Source: Halotia branconii CENA392
GTDB lineage: Bacteria > Cyanobacteriota > Cyanobacteriia > Cyanobacteriales > Nostocaceae
Reading direction: 5' to 3'
Length of the DNA stretch: 32,000 nucleotides
Assembly: GCF_029953635.1 (NCBI RefSeq)
Contig: NZ_CP124543.1
Location: forward strand, 5,719,802-5,751,801
Part shown: in pieces, positions 1 to 7,839 of the stretch
How the letters are laid out: the number at the start of each line of letters is the position of its first letter
Numbering within the stretch: the stretch's first letter is position 1
Notes under the pieces: generated by a model
Databases searched by the model: none
Seen by the model: the letters and a program-made list of their open reading frames with translations, nothing else
Told to the model about the DNA's origin: nothing
Program-made: the position numbers and the translations under genes

Positions 1-715
1 AAAAATGAAAGTTCAACGTGGTGTCTATCTACCTTACCAAGGGGTAGATTGCCAAAAATTTCATCCTAGAAATATCTGCCACAATCCCATTCCCGACGAT
101 CACAGACCAACAATGCTATTTGTTGGACGAATTACTCCAGAAAAGAATGTCACTCAACTTTTGGATATATATCCTATTATTGCTGCTAAAATCCCTGACA
201 TTCATTTAGTAATAGTTGGTAGTGGTTCCCAAGATGAAGAAATTCGTCGACGTGCCAAAAAATTTAAATCTGGAGTTACTGTGTGGGGTGAGTCTCATGG
301 AACAGAACTTTTGGGTTGGTTTGCTCGTGCAGATATATTTGTCAATCCTTCAGTCACCGAAAATTTTTGCACTACTAACAATGAAGCACTAGCTTCTGGA
401 ACTCCTGTAGTTACTACTTTTGCACCCTCCACATCGGAGCAGATATTTCCTAGTGTTAATGGCTTTTTAGCAGAACCTAATAACCCAACCGATTTTGCTA
501 ACAAGGTAATAACAATTCTGGCAAATCCTGACCTGAAAGAAGAAATGTCTCGACAGACTCGTCTCTCAATTTTAGAGTTTGATTGGTCGACATGTATGGA
601 AAAGTTAGAGGAAAAACTTTATCAGCTTGTTCAAGCATCAAAACCTTTGGAAGTATTACCTATTTCATCATTAGATAGCGAAAAAAAGCCTGTAGTTTCA
701 AACATTCTTTGGTGA
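1..715 (+). CDS. Group-1 (GT4-like, GT-B fold) glycosyltransferase, C-terminal half; the 5' end lies outside the window
   Basis: The reading frame is open to base 2 with no upstream stop. The block VGRITPEKN...VIVGSG...ADIFVNPSVTENFCTTNNEALASGTPVV is typical of the C-terminal sugar-nucleotide-binding half of group-1 glycosyltransferases. At 236 aa it is roughly half the normal length. Confidence 0.75.
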   Translation, partial: KMKVQRGVYLPYQGVDCQKFHPRNICHNPIPDDHRPTMLFVGRITPEKNVTQLLDIYPIIAAKIPDIHLVIVGSGSQDEEIRRRAKKFKSGVTVWGESHGTELLGWFARADIFVNPSVTENFCTTNNEALASGTPVVTTFAPSTSEQIFPSVNGFLAEPNNPTDFANKVITILANPDLKEEMSRQTRLSILEFDWSTCMEKLEEKLYQLVQASKPLEVLPISSLDSEKKPVVSNILW

Positions 716-871
716 CAGTAAAAATTGGCTGAATAAATGTGTGAAAGCTAAAGCTACTAATTTCTAGAAATAATGCTGTGCTAAACATCCAATTTCTCCC
801 TAATTCTATTTAGCAGGTAGGGAGGTAAAAATGTAGTCTTTTCTTAATTAAAAATCATAGGTATTTATATT

Positions 872-1690
872 GTGAAAACACTTCGCAATAAAGTAGCGAT
901 CGTGACTGGTGCTAGTTCAGGAATTGGGCGGGTTACTGCTCGCTTTTTAGCTCGACGTGGAGTCCGAGTTATATTAGCAGCCCGTCGTGCAGAAGAACTT
1001 GCAATTCTCCAGCGTGAAATTGAATTGGAAAAAGGTGTTGCTCTGGCGATTCCTACGGATATTACTGATGTCAATCAAATTATACAACTAGAACAAGAGG
1101 TAATTGCGACTTACGGTCGTGTAGATATGCTAGTTAACAATGCTGGCGTTAACTGCAATACATTGGTAGCTGACACTCCGCTGGCAGAAATCACCCACTT
1201 AGTGCAGGTGAATCTACTTGGGGCAATGTTAGCAACGCGTGTGGTATTGCCGGGGATGCTTAAGCGTAGGCAAGGCAGTATTATCTCCATCGCTTCTGTG
1301 GGAGGCTCAATTGCCGTGGAACCACTTTACTCTGCTACCAAGTTTGGACTGCGTGGTTTTTCCCTAGCGTTGCGACGACAATTGCAAGGTACAGGTATCA
1401 CTATTTCAGTAATATCACCTGGATTTATTCGGACTCCGATGAATGCATATTACAAATTACCTATGCCAGGGCCTGAGTTAATTGCCCGAACTGTAGTTAA
1501 ACTTGCTACGCATCCGTGCCGAGAGATCATTGTTCCCTTTAGTTATGTTGTTCCCATTTGGATTGAGCAGAACATACCTTGGATTATTGATCGCTTCACT
1601 GATGGACTTGGTATTAAACTACCCTATTTTAGCAAGGTAACTAATGAAACCCGAACACAACTTTCTTGCAAATCAATCAGTCATGAGTAA
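872..1690 (+). CDS. Short-chain dehydrogenase/reductase (SDR) family oxidoreductase
   Basis: It has the cofactor-binding motif TGASSGIG near the N-terminus, NNAG, and the catalytic YSATK. The start is GTG at 872, preceded by in-frame stops. Confidence 0.85.
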   Translation: MKTLRNKVAIVTGASSGIGRVTARFLARRGVRVILAARRAEELAILQREIELEKGVALAIPTDITDVNQIIQLEQEVIATYGRVDMLVNNAGVNCNTLVADTPLAEITHLVQVNLLGAMLATRVVLPGMLKRRQGSIISIASVGGSIAVEPLYSATKFGLRGFSLALRRQLQGTGITISVISPGFIRTPMNAYYKLPMPGPELIARTVVKLATHPCREIIVPFSYVVPIWIEQNIPWIIDRFTDGLGIKLPYFSKVTNETRTQLSCKSISHE

Positions 1691-2429
1691 CTCTATTCCT
1701 ACTTTAGTCGAAACCTCAGAGATTCTTCCTTTAACCTGGGAGCGTCTTGTTCCCAATCAGACAGCAAATGATTCGGCAAGTCAAAAATTTCTTGATTTAC
1801 ATTTTGGGCGTTACAAAACTGCTGCAAACTATGTTGGCGGTAAAAAAGTTCTAGACATCGCCTGTGGTAGTGGATACGGTAGTCGAATACTTCGGCTTGC
1901 AGGAGCAACCTCTGTAGTTGGGGTAGATGTGTCTTTACAGACAATAGAATATGCCAAGAAAAATTATCAAGAAAACGATCTAGAGTTTATTTGTGCTGAT
2001 GCAGAGCAGTTTAATTGGCCAGAACGTTTTGATCTTATAACATCGTTTGAAACTATAGAACACCTCTATCATCCTGAGAAGTTTCTTGAACGCATTCATC
2101 ATCTTCTGATTCCTGATGGAGTATTTCTGCTCTCTGTACCATTAGGAGAGACACGTCACATGGATCCGTATCACCTTCATGCGTTTAATCAAGAGGAGGT
2201 ATTCACTCTACTTAAAAAGACAGGATTCTCAGTCGATTGGCATCGTTTGGATGAGTGTTTTTTGACTCGTTCTGAACTGCTCCGTTGGGGACAGTTATAT
2301 CCAGAATCTAACCCATCAATAAATGAACTGTTGTTTAGTCGTAGAGGATGGCGGATCATATCCGACTTTGTTTTTCGGGGCGGTTTTGACATCCCTCAAC
2401 TGTTAGTTTCTGCTCGAAGTATAAAATAA
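1683..2429 (+). CDS. Class I SAM-dependent methyltransferase
   Basis: Motif I is VLDIACGSGYGS, followed by an acidic loop and ETIEHL. The ATG at 1683 overlaps the SDR stop (ATGAGTAA), which suggests translational coupling. An alternative in-frame ATG lies at 1644. Confidence 0.8.
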   Translation: MSNSIPTLVETSEILPLTWERLVPNQTANDSASQKFLDLHFGRYKTAANYVGGKKVLDIACGSGYGSRILRLAGATSVVGVDVSLQTIEYAKKNYQENDLEFICADAEQFNWPERFDLITSFETIEHLYHPEKFLERIHHLLIPDGVFLLSVPLGETRHMDPYHLHAFNQEEVFTLLKKTGFSVDWHRLDECFLTRSELLRWGQLYPESNPSINELLFSRRGWRIISDFVFRGGFDIPQLLVSARSIK

Positions 2430-2456
2430 ACAAAGTTGAGTGAGCTTAACTTTATT

Positions 2457-2987
2457 TTATTCACTTAGTCCTTCATGATTTAACAACCAACGTTTGCGTT
2501 CTAGTCCCCCTGCGTATCCGGTGAGTGTAGCATTTGCACCAATGACCCGATGACAGGGAAGGACGATCGCTACTGGATTTAATGAATTTGCCAAGCCGAC
2601 AGCACGATAAGCAGTTGGCTTGGCAATTTTTGCAGCCAATTCGCCATAAGAAATTGTGGTTCCCCAAGGGATAGTTCGCAGTGCTAGCCAAACTTGTTGC
2701 TGAAAGGCAGTACCACCAGTACTCACAGGAATATGATCTAAGCTATGGCGATCGCCTTTAAGGTAAGCTTGAATCCGGCTACTATAACCCTGTGGATCTT
2801 TTACTTGTTGAAAACAAAAGTTACCGTAGCGCTTTTGCAGGAGTTTTACCATGCGTTGCTCATAATCAGCAAAGTCCACAGCGCAAAGTTTTTCGCCATT
2901 ACAGACAATGAGAATTGTTCCCAGTTCTGAATTTATTTTGTCAATTAATAATTTCACAGTGTTCGGTGTAAATTTCAGAAAGGTCAA
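2457..2987 (-). CDS. ogt: Methylated-DNA--protein-cysteine methyltransferase (O6-alkylguanine DNA alkyltransferase)
   Basis: It carries the active-site motif PCHRVIG and the upstream block TISYGELAAKIAKPTAYRAVGLANSLNP. No ATG start is available. The start candidates are TTG at 2987 or GTG at 2957. Confidence 0.85.
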   Translation of the reverse strand: MTFLKFTPNTVKLLIDKINSELGTILIVCNGEKLCAVDFADYEQRMVKLLQKRYGNFCFQQVKDPQGYSSRIQAYLKGDRHSLDHIPVSTGGTAFQQQVWLALRTIPWGTTISYGELAAKIAKPTAYRAVGLANSLNPVAIVLPCHRVIGANATLTGYAGGLERKRWLLNHEGLSE

Positions 2988-3617
2988 TATCAGCTTAAGT
3001 ACTTAGCGTTAAAAAAGCGACCTATATTCACAAAGTTTAGTGATAAAAAATATGACTGTTGCCAAACCTTTTTGTACTTAATATAAGACTCATAAAGGGC
3101 GCAGTGGCTCCCCATGAGCAACTGGCGTTGGAAACCCTCCGACGCTTGCAGACTCGCTACCGCTACGCTATGACAACTGTTCGCTGTGTCTTTGTGGTTA
3201 GTTTTTCCATGACCCATGTGTAAGGCCTGGTTATTAACCAACGGCGATCCCCGAATATTTAAAAACTATGAATATTTTATGAAAATCCGTGGAAGATCAC
3301 ATCCTAACTAGTCAGTCTAGAGTCAGTATAAATATTCAGTAATTAAACGTCATGCTGATATATGCTTAATTACCCTAGCTCGGAACTATTTCGGAATTGG
3401 GACAATCTAAGAAAGAGCGATCGCCAGTAAATGCACTAAGGTAAAATGACTATCTATGATTCACGAGCGCTGATTGGTGCTGAAGCATAACTACAAAACT
3501 CATACCGATTTAATGTTTAAATAATGCTGTACTGTCCATAGATGCTTTTGATCCCCATTTCGATAGAATGACAAGGCATAACCTAAAAACTTCAAACCGC
3601 TTTTGACTGCGAGGCCA

Positions 3618-4673
3618 ATGAATCAACTGAACAATGGTTTCACGATATTTCTGAGTCTGCTAGTCGAGGCGATGCCGTTTTTGCTTCTAGGGGTTTTATT
3701 CTCTAGTGTGCTGCTGCTTTTTGTGGATGAGCGCAAATTAGTAGAAAGAATGCCTAGAAATCCGTTGTTGGGTGCTTTAGTCGGTAGTATGATCGGCTTT
3801 GTCTTCCCGGTGTGCGAGTGTGGTAACGTGCCGGTAGCGCGGCGGTTACTGATGCAGGGAGTACCTACGCCTGTGGCAATTGGTTTTTTGCTAGCAGCAC
3901 CAACAATCAACCCCATCGTCATTTGGGCAACTTGGTCGGCATTTCGAGATCAACCAGAAATAGTAGTTTTAAGAGTGGTATTTTCCCTATCAATCGCCAC
4001 AATTCTCGGTTTTGTTTTCAGTTCTCAAAAAGACTTGAGTCCCATCGTTCAACCTGCGATCGCTCGTTATCTCAAGTTTAATCCACCAGCGAAACCTGCA
4101 AGCAAAAAACGCGGCAACCGTTATCAAATAGAACAACAAGCAACTGCACCCAGTTTATTGCAATCTGGGACTTATATTTTGGGAGGAAAAGCAGGTTTTT
4201 CGACACGAATAGAGACTAACTTAATTGAGGCAAATACTCCCAATTCCAGCACTCGTAAACCGCTTGCAGATAAACTGCGTTTATTAGTAGATAACAGCAT
4301 CCAAGAATTACGAGAATTGGGAGCAGTGATGATTATAGGAAGTGCGATCGCTGCTGCTATTCAAGTGCTAGCTCCCCGTGATTTAATCCTCAGTCTCGGT
4401 GCTGGCCCCATTAGCTCAATCGTAACCATGCTGATATTAGCTGTAGTAGTATCAATTTGCTCTACAGTCGATTCATTTTTTGCCTTATCTTTTGCCTCAA
4501 CGTTTAGCACTGGTTCTCTGTTGGCATTTTTGGTATTCGGCCCAATGATTGACATCAAAAGTGTTGGTTTGATGTTATCGATTTTTAAACCTAGAACTAT
4601 CTTTTACTTGTTTGTTATAGCAGCCCAATTGACATTTTTGTTCACCCTTTTCATCAACTTACACGTTCTTTAG
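3618..4673 (+). CDS. Predicted permease, DUF318/ArsP_1-type multi-pass membrane protein
   Basis: The protein is hydrophobic throughout and has the characteristic FPVCECGNVPVARRL cysteine motif. The ATG at 3618 is preferred over the TTG at 3603 listed in the ORF track. Confidence 0.75.
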   Translation: MNQLNNGFTIFLSLLVEAMPFLLLGVLFSSVLLLFVDERKLVERMPRNPLLGALVGSMIGFVFPVCECGNVPVARRLLMQGVPTPVAIGFLLAAPTINPIVIWATWSAFRDQPEIVVLRVVFSLSIATILGFVFSSQKDLSPIVQPAIARYLKFNPPAKPASKKRGNRYQIEQQATAPSLLQSGTYILGGKAGFSTRIETNLIEANTPNSSTRKPLADKLRLLVDNSIQELRELGAVMIIGSAIAAAIQVLAPRDLILSLGAGPISSIVTMLILAVVVSICSTVDSFFALSFASTFSTGSLLAFLVFGPMIDIKSVGLMLSIFKPRTIFYLFVIAAQLTFLFTLFINLHVL

Positions 4674-4733
4674 AAAACTAGTCCGAAGTCCAAATCTAAA
4701 CAGCAGTTTTCACTTCGATAAAGTATATCTTTC

Positions 4734-4794
4734 TAGCCCCTAGCCCCTAACCCCTTTTATCTCCAGAATGTATTAACTCTTGACTAATGACTAA
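4734..4794. repeat. STRR-type heptamer repeats: TAGCCCC x2 plus TAACCCC (4734-4754) and TGACTAA x2 (4781-4794)
   Basis: The tandem 7-nt units can be read directly from the sequence. The ATG at 4787 of the downstream gene spans the junction of the two TGACTAA units. Confidence 0.8.
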
Positions 4795-5560
4795 TCCAAA
4801 GCCCAAATCTATCATTCCAAATCGGTTAATTTCTTGGCTGGATGTGTTAGCAATTACAGCTTGGGGAATTTTGCTGTTGAGATATTGGTTAACTGGCAAG
4901 CTAAACTTACTAATTCACCCAAATTACTTTGGGTTGGTGATAGTTACTGGCATCATCTTAATATTTGTTGGTTGCTTGAAAGCGCAAGAACTTTGGCGAA
5001 GACGGCAGCGTGACATTGTGCCAAATACTCAGCATATTAGTTTATTTGCCCCTGGCTGGGGTAGTTGTTTGCTTTTAACCGCAGCGATTTTGGGTTTTAT
5101 CATTACACCACAAGTTTTTGCCAGCGACAAGGCACTGCAACGGGGTGTGACTACTGATTTATTAGGAACTAGCCGTATTAAACCTCAAGCCTTTCGGGCT
5201 ACTGTTCGTCCAGAGGAGCGATCGCTTGTAGACTGGGTACGCACACTTAACGTCTATCCAGAACCAGATTCATACACAGGACAAAAAGTCAAAGTACAGG
5301 GATTCGTCATTCATCCACCAGATTTAGGCAAAAAATATTTGTTCTTAGCGCGATTTGTTTTATCTTGCTGTGCCGCAGATGCCTACCCTGTGGGATTACC
5401 TGTCAAACTAGAAAAAAATCAAGATCGTTATTCTCCAGATACTTGGCTAGAAGTAGAAGGACAAATGATAACAGAAGAAGTGGGAGGTAAACGCCAACTC
5501 ACCATTGCTGCTAACTCCCTCAAAAAAATTCCTCAACCGCAAAATCCTTATAGCTATTAG
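4787..5560 (+). CDS. TIGR03943/DUF1980-type putative permease subunit, the usual partner of the DUF318 permease
   Basis: It has N-terminal TM helices (WLDVLAITAWGILLLRYWLTGKLNLLIHPNYF) and a C-terminal soluble domain with the conserved RFVLSCCAADA motif. It lies immediately downstream of the DUF318 permease, the arrangement known for this pair. Confidence 0.65.
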   Translation: MTNPKPKSIIPNRLISWLDVLAITAWGILLLRYWLTGKLNLLIHPNYFGLVIVTGIILIFVGCLKAQELWRRRQRDIVPNTQHISLFAPGWGSCLLLTAAILGFIITPQVFASDKALQRGVTTDLLGTSRIKPQAFRATVRPEERSLVDWVRTLNVYPEPDSYTGQKVKVQGFVIHPPDLGKKYLFLARFVLSCCAADAYPVGLPVKLEKNQDRYSPDTWLEVEGQMITEEVGGKRQLTIAANSLKKIPQPQNPYSY

Positions 5561-5568
5561 TTAGTAGT

Positions 5569-5617
5569 CAATGGTTAATGCCCCATGCCCAATGCCCAAT
5601 GCCCAATAATCAATGAC
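5569..5617. repeat. STRR-type heptamer array (CAATGGT TAATGCC CCATGCC CAATGCC CAATGCC CAATAAT CAATGAC)
   Basis: Seven consecutive 7-nt units can be read directly. The last unit, CAATGAC, contains the ATG at 5613 of the downstream gene. Confidence 0.85.
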
Positions 5618-7106
5618 TAATAAAACACTTATCCAACCATTAGATCGTATAGCGATCGCCCTAATGCTGCTGCTAAGTCTGCTGATTGGATTTATGATCT
5701 TGCAAGGCGATGTAGTAGCGGCTCGTGTCCGGGATTTTACTTGGCAAAATCAACAAATTGGTTCAGAAGATATTTCTTTTAGCCTCAACTTTAGCCGTCC
5801 AATGGATACAAAAAGTGTAGAGGATAATTTGAAAATTGAGCCACCTTTAGCAGGTAAATTCAGTTGGGCAGGGCGGCGAATGGTTTATACATTATTAACA
5901 CCAGCACCTTATGGTACAAACTATAAAATACAGTTGCAGAAAGCAAAAGATAAGTTTTCTCAACAAGAAGGCAAAAATAGGGTGATGCAGCCCTTTACAG
6001 GTACTTTCCACACACGCGATCGCGTTATTAGTTATATAGGAGCCGACCCAGAAAATCAAGGACAGTTAATTGTCTACAATTTGACTGAAGAACAAAAAAG
6101 AATACTTACCCCCAAAGACTTGGTTGTGATGGATTTTAAGCCATTTCCAGATGGGGAAAAAATCTTATTTTCGGCTCGTGCCGCTAATAACCAAGACCCG
6201 CTTTCAGCCCAGTTGTACACAGTGACAACAGGTATTCCTAGAGGATCAGAAAAACCAGTCGAATCAGCCGGAAAAGTTGATTTGATTTTAGATAATAAAA
6301 AGTACCAAAACCTGAAATTTGACTTATCTCCAGATGGTGAAACTATCGTAGTTCAGCGAGGGAGTAAAGCTAATCCCGGTGACTTTGGACTTTGGTTTAT
6401 GCCAGCAGCTAACGATGAATCGGTACAGAAACCCACTCCTCAACGTCTGCAAAGTCAGCCTGGGGGAGATTTTATGATTACACCCGATAGTAAAGCTGTA
6501 GCAGTCGCCCAAGGGCAAGGAGCAGCCATATTACCACTCCAAAGCGATGCCAACAAACCTTTAGATTTTTTACCACAGTTTGGACTAGTAGAAGCTTTCT
6601 CTAAAGATGGCTCCCAAGCAGCGATGGTGAAATTTAACACCGATTACACGCGAGATTTGTTTTTGGTGACAAACCAAGGCATCCAAAAACCACTATTAAA
6701 AACCACAGGTTCAATTATCGACTGTCAATTTGATCCTGCTTCACCTACTCTTTACTGCTTGCTAACTCAGCTAGTATCAAAGGCAGAATATGTAGAACAG
6801 CCTTATTTAGTGGCAATCGACCTCAAAACTGGAGATCAGAAACCTTTACTGGTATTACCTATTGAACAGCGAAATATACAAATGAGCTTATCACCTGATG
6901 GTTTGGGCTTGTTATTTGACCAGGTAATGCCGCAAACAGATTCTACTACTTCATCTGCCAGGGTTTTGCAAACTGATGATGGAGAAGCGATCGCTAGCAG
7001 TAGCTTATGGTTAATGCCTCTATTGCCCATCGCTGACGCTGCTATAACTACAATCAGACCAGAAAAATTACCTTTAGTAGGATTTCATCCCCGTTGGTTG
7101 CCTTGA
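5613..7106 (+). CDS. Membrane-anchored exported protein with an Ig-like (SbsA/Big_5-like) domain and a probable TolB-like beta-propeller region
   Basis: There is a single N-terminal TM or signal anchor (IAIALMLLLSLLIGFMIL). The segment FSLNFSRPMDTKSVEDNLKIEPPLAGKFSWAGRRMVY resembles bacterial Ig-like domains. Repeated SPDG.. motifs (LSPDGETIVV, ITPDSKAVAV, FSKDGSQAAM, LSPDGLGLLF) are typical of WD40-like propeller blades. Confidence 0.6.
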   Translation: MTNKTLIQPLDRIAIALMLLLSLLIGFMILQGDVVAARVRDFTWQNQQIGSEDISFSLNFSRPMDTKSVEDNLKIEPPLAGKFSWAGRRMVYTLLTPAPYGTNYKIQLQKAKDKFSQQEGKNRVMQPFTGTFHTRDRVISYIGADPENQGQLIVYNLTEEQKRILTPKDLVVMDFKPFPDGEKILFSARAANNQDPLSAQLYTVTTGIPRGSEKPVESAGKVDLILDNKKYQNLKFDLSPDGETIVVQRGSKANPGDFGLWFMPAANDESVQKPTPQRLQSQPGGDFMITPDSKAVAVAQGQGAAILPLQSDANKPLDFLPQFGLVEAFSKDGSQAAMVKFNTDYTRDLFLVTNQGIQKPLLKTTGSIIDCQFDPASPTLYCLLTQLVSKAEYVEQPYLVAIDLKTGDQKPLLVLPIEQRNIQMSLSPDGLGLLFDQVMPQTDSTTSSARVLQTDDGEAIASSSLWLMPLLPIADAAITTIRPEKLPLVGFHPRWLP

Positions 7107-7107
7107 T

Positions 7108-7144
7108 GGAGGCAGGGGAGCAAGGGAGCAGAGGGGCAGGGGAG
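7108..7144. repeat. G-rich STRR-like array (GGCAGGGGAG / GGGAGCA units); left arm of an inverted pair
   Basis: The sequence is GGAGGCAGGGGAGCAAGGGAGCAGAGGGGCAGGGGAG. Its reverse-complement type recurs at 7336-7384, and similar arrays occur at about 17995-18050 and 22020-22055. Confidence 0.7.
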
Positions 7145-7330
7145 ATGGAAAAAGAACTAATTAAAAGTCATAAATACTTGAAAGTTTATCAAACTGCCTT
7201 GGATTTTTGCGATTACGTCGCTATCGCTCGTAATGACGAAATTGCGTTAGTTTTGCGTAAGTCCTACTAAATTTTAGGTAGTTTAGTGAACATGATTACT
7301 AACCCTTCACCTTGGTTAATGAAACGTTGA
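7145..7330 (+). pseudogene. Decayed four-helix-bundle protein gene (23S rRNA intervening-sequence protein family)
   Basis: The N-terminus MEKELIKSHKYLKVYQTALDF matches the family N-terminus as I remember it. The frame is cut by TAA after 41 codons and then continues in the same frame to ...VNMITNPSPWLMKR*, the typical family C-terminus. The whole is only 62 codons against about 120-130 in intact members, so the middle has been deleted. Confidence 0.55.
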
Positions 7331-7335
7331 TACTC

Positions 7336-7384
7336 TCTCTCTGCTGCTCCCCTGCCCCCCTGCCCCCCTGCCTCATTTTCCCCT
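7336..7384. repeat. C-rich array (CCCCTGC units); right arm inverted relative to 7108-7144
   Basis: The sequence is CTCTCTCTGCTGCTCCCCTGCCCCCCTGCCCCCCTGCCTCATTTTCCCCTGCG, the complement type of the G-rich array on the other side of the relic ORF. Confidence 0.7.
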
Positions 7385-7839
7385 GCGCTTTATTGTCAAA
7401 TTTAGTATCAAATTAGTTTCTTCTCTCAGCCAAGTGTTTGCTAAATTATATACAGTGCTAATCTTGATCTAGCGTGTGAATTTCTGCCAGAAAGCTACTA
7501 CCAAACAAGTGTTTATCAAAGTTAAGCAAAATAAAACCTTAGCTCAGCATTTGTACTGAAGCCGATACATTGGTAGCATTTAAACTCAAAAACTCCGTTA
7601 TTCTCAAGGTTGACGGACTATAAGCTCATAATGTTATAACGGCATCAGTTATGGATGCAAAATAGGGAATACTAACTAATGACTAATTCTTCATGGTCAG
7701 AGAAAGTCTAACTTGGCTTCTAGATTAAACCCTAATTGAACGTATTCAGTAATGCCCAAGGTTAGCACTGCTAAATACTTTGATGTAGGCGAGTCAAGAG
7801 TGATGAATTGAAGCTGACACCTCAAACAACAGAGCTGTG

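Noticed and set aside
295-504. Short ORFs antisense to or overlapping clear genes. Examples: 295-504, 865-1074, 1699-1944, 2189-2392, 2473-2691, 2745-2930, 3623-3922, 4361-4558, 6324-7030, 8415-8630, 13270-13608, 13996-14966, 17141-17365, 20001-20663, 28402-28635, 29314-29538.
   Set aside because: Each lies inside a longer ORF with a recognisable protein family on the other strand or in another frame. Their translations are low complexity with no motifs. I treat them as frame shadows.
872-1690. Whether the SDR is a HetN-like heterocyst-pattern gene carrying an RGSGR peptide.
   Set aside because: At the position equivalent to HetN ERGSGRIV this protein has KRRQGSII, and no RGSGR or HRGTGR motif occurs anywhere in it. 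It is an ordinary SDR.
2990-3241. An 83-aa minus-strand ORF upstream of ogt, and the possibility of a riboswitch or metalloregulator box in 3242-3602 ahead of the permease operon.
   Set aside because: The ORF overlaps a stretch (GGCGCAGTGGCTCCCCATGAGCAACTGGCGTTGGAAACCCTCCGACGC...) that looks like a Nostocales dispersed intergenic repeat and has no protein-like features. I could not recognise any riboswitch core or palindromic Zur/Fur-type box by eye, which would need matrix or covariance searches.
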